Assembly: GCA_041662545.1 (NCBI GenBank)
Contig: JBAZSH010000001.1
Span: 46,813 to 110,812, forward strand
Direction: 5' to 3'
Length of the DNA stretch: 64,000 nucleotides
DNA from: Minisyncoccota bacterium
GTDB taxonomy: Bacteria; Patescibacteriota; Minisyncoccia; Phycocordibacterales; DSPV01
Each line of letters opens with the position of its first letter. Positions within the stretch are counted from its first letter, which is position 1. The notes under the pieces were generated by a model. It did no database searches, was not told where the DNA came from, and saw only the letters and a list, made by a program, of their open reading frames with translations. The position numbers and the translations under genes were made by a program. This document shows positions 55,335 through 64,000 of this stretch, piece after piece.

Positions 55335-58300
55335 ATGTCTCAAAAAAAATATTTTCATAAATTTAAAGAGCCATTAGTACCCATGCCAAACTTGGTCGTC
55401 TCACAAAATGAGTCGTTCAAGTGGTTGGTGGAGAAAGGTTTAAATGAAGTGTTCACCGAGTTTGCTTCCATTAACGACTATTCTGGCAAAAAATTTGAAT
55501 TGTCGTTCAAAAGCGTCAAGCTGGAAGAGCCGAAGTACGACGAACACTACACCAAGAACAACAAACTTTCTTTTGAAGCGCCACTTAAGGCAATAGTGGA
55601 ATTAAAAAATAAAATCCACGGAGGTGGCAAGGAACAAGAAATTTTCCTTGCTGATTTTCCGATAATGACCTCTCACGGTACTTTTATTATTTCTGGTGTA
55701 GAACGGGTGATCGTGCCGCAATTGGCGCGCTCGTTTGGCATTTTCTTTACCAGTGAAGAAATGAAAGGTAAAAAGTGTTTCGGTGGCAAAATTATCCCGG
55801 CGCGGGGTGTTTGGATAGAAATTGAAACCGAAGCTGATGATGTGATTTATGTGCGAATTGACCGCAAGCGCAAATTTGTCGTTACTTCTTTACTGCGAGT
55901 GTTGGGTGCCGAGACCGATGAGGCAATCAGGCAACTTTTTGCTGGCAATGATGCGGCGAAAGTTTTTATTGAAGCATCGCTTGTTAAAGATCACGCTAAG
56001 ACTATTGACGAATCGTTTATTGAAATTCATAAAAGAATGAGGGACGGCGAAATTGGTACCGTGGAAAACGCCAAAGAGTTTGTCAAAGGAATTTTCAGCA
56101 AAGATCGTTATGATTTATCTAAAGTCGGCCGATTCAAATTCAATAAGCGTTTCAGCAAGCCGATGGAAGGAAAAGAGGCTGATAGCCGAACGATTTCATT
56201 GGATGATCTGGTGACCATCGTCAATCACATTGCCCTTTTGAATATTACGCCGGGGTCAACAGAGGATGATATTGACCACTTGGGTTCGCGACGAGTTCGT
56301 TATGTTGGTGAAATGCTCCAGCAAAAAGTTCGGGTTGGTTTGACTCAAATGAAAAGAAATATCCAGGATCGGATGTCTACCATTGATCCCGATGTTAGTC
56401 AGCCGCTCCAGTTTATTTCTCCTAAACCTCTGCAAGCGCGGATTAAGGAATTTTTCACTACTAATCCGTTATCGCAGTTTATGGACCAAAGTAATATTTT
56501 GGCGGAGATTGAACATTTGCGCACTCTTTCGGCTTTAGGTCCTGGCGGTTTGACTCGCGAGCGCGCTGGTTTTGAAGTGCGCGATGTCCATCCTTCTCAC
56601 TACGGCCGACTTTGTCCCATTCACACACCTGAAGGCCCGAACATTGGTCTTATTCTTCGTTTATCAATGTATGCTCGCATCAATGATTTCGGCATGATCG
56701 AAACGCCTTACGGTAAAGTGGAAAAAGGCAAAATAACTGGCGAGATAGATTACCTGAATGCCTTAGAAGAAGAGAATTTTAATATTGCTCACGCTGCCAC
56801 CTTGCGAGATGATGATGGTCAAATTTTAATTGATGAAGTGGAAGTCAGGATCAATGGAATGCCTGGTGTAGTTAAAAAAGGAGAGGTTAATTACATTGAT
56901 GTTTCTACCAACCAAGCGTTTTCTGTTGCCACTTCACTTATTCCTTTTTTGAATCATGATGATGCCAACCGAGCGCTGATGGGTTCTAACATGCAGAAAC
57001 AAGCGACACCCTGTTTGCTTCCCGAAGTGCCGTTGGTAGCCACTGGTATTGAAGAGCGGGCGGCCATTGATTCCGGCCGAGTATTAATTTCGCCTTTTGC
57101 TGGCGAGGTGACCTATGCTGATGCCAGAAAGATAAGAATTAAAAATGATAAAAACAAAGAGACCGAATTTTCTTTAGTTAACTTTTCGCGCACTAACGGT
57201 ATGACAGCTTTTCATCAACGACCATCAGTCGCTGTTGGACAAAAAATTAAGAAAGGTGAAGTGTTGGCCGACTCTTCTTCCACTGAAAAAGGTGCTCTGG
57301 CTTTGGGACACAATGCCTTGGTAGCGTTTATGTCTTGGTCAGGTTCCAACTATGAGGATGCCATTATTATCTCCCAGCGATTGGTCAAAGAAAGCAAGTT
57401 TAATTCCATTCACATTGAAGAATTTGTAGTTAATGTTCGCGAAACAAAATTGGGTCCGGAAGTAACCACTCCTGATATTCCAAATGTTGGCGAAGCAAAA
57501 TTAAGAAATCTTGATGAAGATGGGGTAGTAATGATTGGTGCCGAAGTTCGACCGGGCGATATTTTAGTTGGCAAAATTACACCGAAAAGCGAATCGCAAT
57601 TGACGCCAGAGGAACGATTATTGAGGTCGTTGTTTGGCGAGAAAGCTCGGGATGTTAAAGACACTTCCAAACGATTGGAAAATGGTAAACGTGGCCGAGT
57701 AATCAGCGTTAAAATTTTCTCTCGAGATCAGGGTCATAAACTAGAATCAGGCATCATCAAAAGAATTCACATTGAAGTGGCGCAATTTAGAGTGGTGTCG
57801 GTTGGCGATAAGTTGGCAGGTAGACACGGTAATAAAGGTGTTATTTCTAGAATTTTGCCAGAGGAAGATATGCCCTATATGCCTGACGGCACTCCCATTG
57901 ATGTAATTTTGACGCCGTTGGGTGTGCCTTCGCGTATGAACTTGGGACAAATTTTAGAACTTCACCTTGGCTTGGCGGCTCATACTTTAAACTATCAAGC
58001 AATAGTGCCTCCATTTGCTGGCGCAACCGATGAAGAAATCAAAGCCGAATTGCGACAGGCTGGTTTCAAAGATAATGGCAAAATGAAACTTTACGATGGA
58101 CGCACTGGCGAGGCTTTCGATCAAGAAATTGCCGTTGGTTATATGTATATAATGAAACTCCATCATATGGTTGAAGATAAGATTCATATGCGTTCCATTG
58201 GTTCTTATTCCTTAATTACTCAACAGCCGTTAGGTGGTAAGGCTCAAGGTGGTGGCCAACGGTTTGGTGAAATGGAGGTCTGGGCGCTCTTAGGTCACGG

Positions 58301-58481
58301 CGCAGCTTATACCTTGCGCGAAATTTTGACTTTCAAGTCAGATGACATTTTAGGTCGGGCGGCAGCTTTTGATGCTATCGTTCGCGGTGATCGAATTACC
58401 CAATCTAACCTACCGGCTTCCTTTAATGTCATGCTTAATAATTTGCGTGGTTTAGCACTGGATGTTGAGTTAATAAAATAA
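55335..58481 (+). CDS. rpoB: DNA-directed RNA polymerase subunit beta
   Basis: Start at the ATG at 55335 (MSQKKYFHKFKEPLVP... aligns with the E. coli N-terminus). Conserved GEMEVWAL and NLLGKRVDY-type blocks are present. 1048 aa. Confidence 0.95.
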   Translation: MSQKKYFHKFKEPLVPMPNLVVSQNESFKWLVEKGLNEVFTEFASINDYSGKKFELSFKSVKLEEPKYDEHYTKNNKLSFEAPLKAIVELKNKIHGGGKEQEIFLADFPIMTSHGTFIISGVERVIVPQLARSFGIFFTSEEMKGKKCFGGKIIPARGVWIEIETEADDVIYVRIDRKRKFVVTSLLRVLGAETDEAIRQLFAGNDAAKVFIEASLVKDHAKTIDESFIEIHKRMRDGEIGTVENAKEFVKGIFSKDRYDLSKVGRFKFNKRFSKPMEGKEADSRTISLDDLVTIVNHIALLNITPGSTEDDIDHLGSRRVRYVGEMLQQKVRVGLTQMKRNIQDRMSTIDPDVSQPLQFISPKPLQARIKEFFTTNPLSQFMDQSNILAEIEHLRTLSALGPGGLTRERAGFEVRDVHPSHYGRLCPIHTPEGPNIGLILRLSMYARINDFGMIETPYGKVEKGKITGEIDYLNALEEENFNIAHAATLRDDDGQILIDEVEVRINGMPGVVKKGEVNYIDVSTNQAFSVATSLIPFLNHDDANRALMGSNMQKQATPCLLPEVPLVATGIEERAAIDSGRVLISPFAGEVTYADARKIRIKNDKNKETEFSLVNFSRTNGMTAFHQRPSVAVGQKIKKGEVLADSSSTEKGALALGHNALVAFMSWSGSNYEDAIIISQRLVKESKFNSIHIEEFVVNVRETKLGPEVTTPDIPNVGEAKLRNLDEDGVVMIGAEVRPGDILVGKITPKSESQLTPEERLLRSLFGEKARDVKDTSKRLENGKRGRVISVKIFSRDQGHKLESGIIKRIHIEVAQFRVVSVGDKLAGRHGNKGVISRILPEEDMPYMPDGTPIDVILTPLGVPSRMNLGQILELHLGLAAHTLNYQAIVPPFAGATDEEIKAELRQAGFKDNGKMKLYDGRTGEAFDQEIAVGYMYIMKLHHMVEDKIHMRSIGSYSLITQQPLGGKAQGGGQRFGEMEVWALLGHGAAYTLREILTFKSDDILGRAAAFDAIVRGDRITQSNLPASFNVMLNNLRGLALDVELIK

Positions 58482-58485
58482 AAAT

Positions 58486-61400
58486 ATGGCTAGAAACTTT
58501 GAGGCAAATAATAATACGAATAATCCGAGAAAACAGCCGGCGCCGGCGGATTTTACTTCTATTTTGCTTAAACTAGCTTCGCCAGAAAAAATCAAGGAGT
58601 GGTCTTATGGGGAAGTGACCAAGCCGGAGACGATTAATTATCGCACTCAACGCAGTGAAAAAAACGGTTTGTTTGACGAGAAAATTTTTGGTCCTGATAA
58701 GGATTTTGAATGTTACTGTGGAAAATACAAGGGCGTCCGCTATAAGGGTATTGTTTGTGATAAGTGTGGTGTAGAAATTACTCGCGCTATTGTTCGACGA
58801 GAACGGATGGGTCACATTGAACTGGCGACTCCGGTTTGTCATGTTTGGTTTTTGCGAAGTATGCCGTCTCGCATCAGTTTGATTTTAGGTATTCCAGCTG
58901 GTGAGGTTGAAAAAGTTATTTATTTCGCCGGTTACATAATTGTTAGTGTTTCCGAAGAAGAACGCGCTCGGGTGTTGAAAGATGTGGATGCCGAATATAA
59001 AAACAAAATTAAGGATATTCAAAAAGAAGAGGAACGGGCAGCGCTTAAAGAGCGTTTTCTGGTCGTTAAGCAGGATATTGAAGGTATTCAAGTTGGTGCG
59101 GTTTTAGATGAAGTTACTTACCATCAATTTTCCATTCGCTATGGCACTTTGTTTGAAGCGTCAATCGGCGCCGAAGCGATTTATAATCTTTGTAAATCGG
59201 TAGATATGGAAGCGTTGGAGGAAATGTTGGTTAAGGAATTGGAAAACACCACATCAGCTGATCGTGATAAATTGCAAAAGCGTTTGAGTTTAGTGCGTTC
59301 AATGATTCGTTCCAAAATTCGTCCAGAGTGGATGTTTTTGACTAGTGTCCCGGTAATTCCGCCGGCTCTGAGACCAATGGTACCGTTGGATGGTGGTCGC
59401 TATGCCACTTCCGATGTTAACGATCTTTATCGCCGGGTGATTAATCGTAATAATCGTCTAAAAAAATTATTGGAAATCAGTGCGCCGGATGTGATTTTGC
59501 GTAATGAAAAAAGAATTCTGCAGGAAGCGGTTGATTCTTTAATTGATAATTCCATTCGCCACGGTGGTTCTGCTAGTGGAATGATGAGTCAAGCTCAACG
59601 ACGACCGTTGAAATCATTGGCCGATAATTTGAAGGGCAAGCGGGGATTGTTGCGTGGTAACTTGCTTGGTAAACGAGTGGACTATTCCGGCCGATCGGTG
59701 ATTGTTGTTGGTCCAGATTTGAAGTTGGGTCAATGTGGTTTGCCGAAGTTGATGGCGTTGGAATTATTTAGACCGTTTATTGTTGGCGAGTTGATTCGTC
59801 GCGAATTGGCTTTTAATATTCGCGGTGCCAATCGTTTAATTGAAGATGATATTCCTGAGGTTTGGTCAATTTTGGAAGAAGTAATTAAAGGTAAATATGT
59901 TTTACTTAATCGCGCGCCAACCTTGCATCGACTTGGTATCCAAGCGTTTCGACCGGTTTTAATTGAAGGTAGTGCTATTCAGGTTCACCCGTTAGTTTGT
60001 CATGCTTTTAACGCGGACTTTGACGGTGACCAAATGGCTGTTCATGTTCCATTGTCTGAAGAGGCACAAATGGAAGCACGGGAAATAATGGCTGCCGATA
60101 AAAATATTTTGAAGCCGGGTAGCGGTGATTCGGTTATTAGCGCTAAACTTTTGGATATTGTGCTTGGTTGTTACTGGATGACCAGAATTATTCCGGGTAA
60201 AAAGGGCGAGGGTAAAATTTTTCCGAGCCCCAACAGCGCCATTACCGCTTTTGATTTTGGCGTAGTTGATTTCAGGGCAAAGATTAAAGTATTAGGTACG
60301 GAAAAGGAAAAATATGCCGAGTTTGATGGCAAGCCTTTTGAAACATCCGTCGGCCGATTGTTGTTCAATACCGTTTTGCCGTCGGACTATCCCTATCTCA
60401 ATAAAGAAATTGAAAGAAAGAACATGTCTGTTTTGGTTGACGATATGATTGATCGCTACGGCATTGATCGGATTCCAGAAACCATGGATAAAATCAAAAA
60501 TTTTGGTTTCAAATACACCACCTACGCTGGTATTACTTGGGGTATTGACGATGTTAAAGTACCAGAAAAGAAAAAAGAAATCGTTGAGAACGCCAAGACC
60601 AAATCACTGGAAGTTTTGGAGCAGTTCAACAATGGTTTATTGTCACGAGATGAAAGATTCCGCAAAAACATTGAAATTTGGCACGGTGCTAAATCAGATA
60701 TTGAAAAAATAATTCCTGATTATTTGGACAAGTCCGGTTCGGTTTACGATATGGTTTTTTCTGGCGCGCGCGGTTCTATGTCGCAAATTACTCAAATGGT
60801 TGGTATGAAAGGTTTGATTCAAAACACTGCCGGTGAGACCATTGAATTTCCGGTTATTTCTTCGGCCAAAGAAGGTTTAACGCCAATTGAATATTTCACC
60901 ACCACTCACGGTTCTCGCAAAGGTTTAACTGATACCGCCTTGAATACAGCCAAAGCTGGTTATCTTACTCGGCGCTTGTTTGATGTTGCTCAAGACGCGA
61001 TTATCTCTGGTGAAGATTGTGATACCAAAGATGGCGCTTTGATTAGTCGCGCCAGCGCCACTGGTATGGAAATTCCCATTGCCAAAAATATTCGCGGCCG
61101 AATTTTGGCCGAAGATGTTAAAGATTCAACTGGTAAAGTTTTGTTCAAAAAGGGACATTTACTTTCTAAGTCCGACGCGAAATTGGTAGATGCGGCTGGT
61201 GTTTCGGAAGTGTTAGTTCGTTCGCCTTTGACTTGTAAGGCGACTCGCGGTATTTGCGCTGCTTGTTATGGAATGGATTTGGGTCGCAACAAATTGGTGG
61301 AATTAGGTGAAGCGGTTGGCACGGTGGCAGCTCAAGCTATCGGTGAACCGGGCACTCAATTAACCATGAGAACTTTTCACTCTGGTGGTACGGCTTCGGT

Positions 61401-62202
61401 GGGCGGCGATATTACTCAAGGTTTGCCTCGGGTGGAAGAGGTTTTTGAAAAACGCAGTCCGAAAAATCCGGCCGTGGTTTCTAAATCTGCCGGTATGGTT
61501 TCGGAAATTAGAACCGTGGACAAAGAAAAAATTATTGTTGTTCTGCCGGAAGTGGGCGAGAAAGCTGGTGGTAAGAAACGCGATCCAATTGAATACACTA
61601 TTCATTTCAAGAGAATGGCTTTAGTGAAAGTTGGCGAGAATGTGGAGAAAGGTCAGATTTTAACTGACGGTTCGGCTGATTTGGAAGAATTGTTCAAATA
61701 TGCCGGTAAAGAAAAAACTCAGGATTATGTTATCAGTGAAGTTAGCAAACTTTACGAATTGCAGGGCGAAACGGTTTCTCGTAAACATATTGAAGTAATC
61801 GTTCGGCAGATGTTCTCGCGCCGGCGGATTAAAGAAGAGGGCGATACCGATTATTCAATTGGTGATCTTGTCAGTGCTGGTGATTTGGAAGAAGCTAATG
61901 AGGTGGTCAAAGAAGAGAAGGGTGATGAAGCTAAAGCCGAGCCCGTGATTATGGGTATTACTGAAGTATCGTTATCGCGCAAAAGTTTCCTTTCGGCCGC
62001 CTCCTTCCAACATACCACTCGGGTGCTCATCAACACTGCCATTCGCGGCAACAAAGATATGCTCGTCGGTCTTAAAGAAAATGTCATTATTGGCCGATTA
62101 ATTCCGGCTGGTACTGGTTTCAAAGGCAGTCCCAAAGCCAAAATGATTGAGTCTCTTTATGTCTCCGAAAAAATTGATCCCGAAGTAGAGACGGAGGTGT
62201 AG
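58486..62202 (+). CDS. rpoC: DNA-directed RNA polymerase subunit beta'
   Basis: Zn-binding CxxC...CxxC, NADFDGD catalytic motif, 1238 aa. Confidence 0.95.
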   Translation: MARNFEANNNTNNPRKQPAPADFTSILLKLASPEKIKEWSYGEVTKPETINYRTQRSEKNGLFDEKIFGPDKDFECYCGKYKGVRYKGIVCDKCGVEITRAIVRRERMGHIELATPVCHVWFLRSMPSRISLILGIPAGEVEKVIYFAGYIIVSVSEEERARVLKDVDAEYKNKIKDIQKEEERAALKERFLVVKQDIEGIQVGAVLDEVTYHQFSIRYGTLFEASIGAEAIYNLCKSVDMEALEEMLVKELENTTSADRDKLQKRLSLVRSMIRSKIRPEWMFLTSVPVIPPALRPMVPLDGGRYATSDVNDLYRRVINRNNRLKKLLEISAPDVILRNEKRILQEAVDSLIDNSIRHGGSASGMMSQAQRRPLKSLADNLKGKRGLLRGNLLGKRVDYSGRSVIVVGPDLKLGQCGLPKLMALELFRPFIVGELIRRELAFNIRGANRLIEDDIPEVWSILEEVIKGKYVLLNRAPTLHRLGIQAFRPVLIEGSAIQVHPLVCHAFNADFDGDQMAVHVPLSEEAQMEAREIMAADKNILKPGSGDSVISAKLLDIVLGCYWMTRIIPGKKGEGKIFPSPNSAITAFDFGVVDFRAKIKVLGTEKEKYAEFDGKPFETSVGRLLFNTVLPSDYPYLNKEIERKNMSVLVDDMIDRYGIDRIPETMDKIKNFGFKYTTYAGITWGIDDVKVPEKKKEIVENAKTKSLEVLEQFNNGLLSRDERFRKNIEIWHGAKSDIEKIIPDYLDKSGSVYDMVFSGARGSMSQITQMVGMKGLIQNTAGETIEFPVISSAKEGLTPIEYFTTTHGSRKGLTDTALNTAKAGYLTRRLFDVAQDAIISGEDCDTKDGALISRASATGMEIPIAKNIRGRILAEDVKDSTGKVLFKKGHLLSKSDAKLVDAAGVSEVLVRSPLTCKATRGICAACYGMDLGRNKLVELGEAVGTVAAQAIGEPGTQLTMRTFHSGGTASVGGDITQGLPRVEEVFEKRSPKNPAVVSKSAGMVSEIRTVDKEKIIVVLPEVGEKAGGKKRDPIEYTIHFKRMALVKVGENVEKGQILTDGSADLEELFKYAGKEKTQDYVISEVSKLYELQGETVSRKHIEVIVRQMFSRRRIKEEGDTDYSIGDLVSAGDLEEANEVVKEEKGDEAKAEPVIMGITEVSLSRKSFLSAASFQHTTRVLINTAIRGNKDMLVGLKENVIIGRLIPAGTGFKGSPKAKMIESLYVSEKIDPEVETEV

Positions 62203-62219
62203 TTCCATCAAACTTAAAA

Positions 62220-63893
62220 ATGAGCGATTCGGTGGAAAAAATTAAGGATCGGCTGGGAATCGCGGAGGTGATCGGTTCCTATCTTAAATTAGAGAAAGCC
62301 GGTAAAAACTTAAAAGCTCGGTGCCCCTTTCACAATGAAAAGACCGCCTCGTTTTTCGTCTCGCCCGACCGCGGCTCTTTCTATTGTTTCGGTTGTGGCG
62401 CCAAGGGCGATATTTTTTCTTTTGTCGAGCAATTTGAAGGTTTGGATTTCAAGGGCACGCTGAAGCTTTTAGCCGAGCGCGCCGGTGTTAAATTGGAATA
62501 CGAAAACCGAGACGAACGCACCGGTCGCGAAAAAATTTTTCAGATTTTGGAAGAAGCCACGCGCTATTTTGAAGATAACTTGAAATTAAATGATGATGCT
62601 AAGAGTTATCTTCAGAAGCGAGGCGTGGCAGAAAAAACTCGCATCGCTTTTCGAATCGGTTACGCGCCAGACGAATGGCGTTCACTTTTAGCTGATTTGA
62701 AAAATAAAAAGTTTGCCGAAAGCGATTTAGAAAAAGCCGGTTTGATTAAAAAAGGCGAGGCGGGTGGCAATTATTACGATCGGTTTCGCGGTCGGATAAT
62801 TTTTCCCATTGCCGATAGCGCCGGCAGGATTGTTGGTTTTTCCGGTCGGATTTTGAAAGGTAAGCCGGATGATGCCAAATATTTAAATAGCCCAGAAACC
62901 GAGCTCTTTGTTAAATCAAGAATTCTTTATGGTTTAGACAAAGCCAAGGCGATGATTCGTCGGCGCGATTTCGTGGTTTTGGTAGAGGGCCAGATGGATT
63001 TGCTAATGTCTCATCAAGCTGGCGTTACTAATACTGTCGCTTCATCTGGTACTGCTTTGACTGATGAACACATAAATTTACTTAAAAGATTTTCCAATCG
63101 TCTGTTACTGGTTTTTGATCCTGACGAAGCTGGTTTTAAAGCCGCGTTGCGCGGCGCGGGTTTGGCACTGACTCGCGGTTTGGAAGTGAAAGTAGCTATT
63201 TTGCCCAAAGGTTTGGACCCAGCTGATATGATTTTAAAAAGTCCTGCCGGTTGGAAAGATACTCTGAAGAACGCAGTTTTTCTGATTGATTTTTTACTTG
63301 CCCGAATTCTAAATAAAGGTTACGATAAACGACAACTTGCCAAGGCGGTGGAAAAAGAAGTTCTGCCTTATATCGCCTCACTCAAGAGCCGTATTGAGCA
63401 ATCACACTATATTTCCGAAATTGCCGATAAGGCAAACATCAAAGAAGAAGCCTTGTGGGAGGAGTTGCGCAAAGCGGTGCCAATTATTTCTGCGGCGACG
63501 AGTAAAGTCACGAAGACTACGGCACGAGACAAATTGACTAAGCTCGAGCTTTTGGAACGGCGTTTATTTGGTTTATTGTTTGCCGAAAAAGACAAAGGAT
63601 TGGAGAGTGAATTGAAAAACATTTTCGGCGCAACAGAGTTTAAAACAGTTTTAAAATTTTGGCAGCCGTTTAAAGAGGAAATTGTTTTTGAAGTTGAGAC
63701 GATTTTAGGCGATGGAGTTTCGGAAAAAGAGATTACCGAATTACTTGCTAATTTGAAAAATGAAAAATTACGAGAAAAATTTTTACAAAAAACTAGAGAA
63801 TTGGCGGAGGCGGAAAAAACCGGCGAAGTTGCTAGAGCCAGAAAATTGATGGAAGAGTGTCAGAAATTATCTAAAGAAATTACCAATAATTAA
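62220..63893 (+). CDS. dnaG: DNA primase DnaG
   Basis: Zinc ribbon CPFHNEKTASF...CFGCG. A Toprim region (VLVEGQMD, DPDEAG) is present. Confidence 0.9.
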   Translation: MSDSVEKIKDRLGIAEVIGSYLKLEKAGKNLKARCPFHNEKTASFFVSPDRGSFYCFGCGAKGDIFSFVEQFEGLDFKGTLKLLAERAGVKLEYENRDERTGREKIFQILEEATRYFEDNLKLNDDAKSYLQKRGVAEKTRIAFRIGYAPDEWRSLLADLKNKKFAESDLEKAGLIKKGEAGGNYYDRFRGRIIFPIADSAGRIVGFSGRILKGKPDDAKYLNSPETELFVKSRILYGLDKAKAMIRRRDFVVLVEGQMDLLMSHQAGVTNTVASSGTALTDEHINLLKRFSNRLLLVFDPDEAGFKAALRGAGLALTRGLEVKVAILPKGLDPADMILKSPAGWKDTLKNAVFLIDFLLARILNKGYDKRQLAKAVEKEVLPYIASLKSRIEQSHYISEIADKANIKEEALWEELRKAVPIISAATSKVTKTTARDKLTKLELLERRLFGLLFAEKDKGLESELKNIFGATEFKTVLKFWQPFKEEIVFEVETILGDGVSEKEITELLANLKNEKLREKFLQKTRELAEAEKTGEVARARKLMEECQKLSKEITNN

Positions 63894-63899
63894 TGTTTA

Positions 63900-64000
63900 A
63901 TGATTAAAAAACATACGAAAAGCAAAAAAGCCAAGAAAGTTATCAAAAACAAACACGCGAAGTCAAAAGCGAAGAAAGCTAAATGGGAAATATCCGCCCA
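63900..64000 (+). CDS. Partial CDS (5' end only), Lys-rich N-terminus; possibly rpoD given the dnaG-rpoD synteny
   Basis: MIKKHTKSKKAKKVIKNKHAK... runs off the window. The assignment rests on position only. Confidence 0.25.
   Translation, partial: MIKKHTKSKKAKKVIKNKHAKSKAKKAKWEISA

Overview
This 64-kb window reads as a chromosomal segment from a Candidate Phyla Radiation (Patescibacteria, Parcubacteria-like) bacterium. Codon usage is AT-rich, proteins are small, and many gene pairs overlap by 4 nt. UGA appears to be a stop codon: RF2 (prfB) is present and long ORFs lack in-frame TGA. The segment mixes conserved core genes with accessory patches. Core genes include prfB, ftsE, an F1Fo ATP synthase operon (atpBEFHAGDC with a truncated epsilon subunit), folD, secE-nusG-rplK, efp, recA, ftsK, rplJ-rplL, aspS, rpoB-rpoC and dnaG. 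The accessory content is described below.

- A eukaryotic-type phosphomannomutase sits beside three GH130 (DUF377) domains spread over two genes. This reads as a beta-mannoside phosphorolysis module.
- ftsE is followed not by ftsX but by a 925-aa secreted protein fusing a beta-helix to an LCAT-like lipase.
- A ~6.4-kb island (about 8.9-15.4 kb) is flanked by an imperfect direct repeat of the 3' end of a small membrane-protein gene. It carries a Phd/RelE toxin-antitoxin pair and a tight five-gene operon: a PD-(D/E)xK nuclease-like protein, an EcoRI-family N6-adenine methyltransferase, an unknown 246-aa protein, a Bro-N/DinD-like protein and a DUF262(DGQQR)-HNH nuclease. This is the best candidate for a previously undescribed composite defence system.
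- A complete monoderm-type type IV pilus and competence cluster is present: comFC, pilM, N/O-like genes, pilB, an embedded CheY receiver, pilT, pilC and two pilins, with no secretin.
- Two large surface proteins are encoded: a YDG/MBG-repeat adhesin and a 1213-aa protein with a PG-binding-like domain.
- Several structured noncoding elements stand out. One is a ~115-bp imperfect palindrome in a divergent promoter region. A GC-rich palindrome (CCCTCCGCCTAAGGCGGAGGG) recurs at two gene ends. AGGACA/TGTCCT hexamers cluster around a winged-helix gene.
- rplK is not followed by rplA, consistent with the L1-less Parcubacteria lineage.

No CRISPR array, rRNA or tRNA gene was detected.
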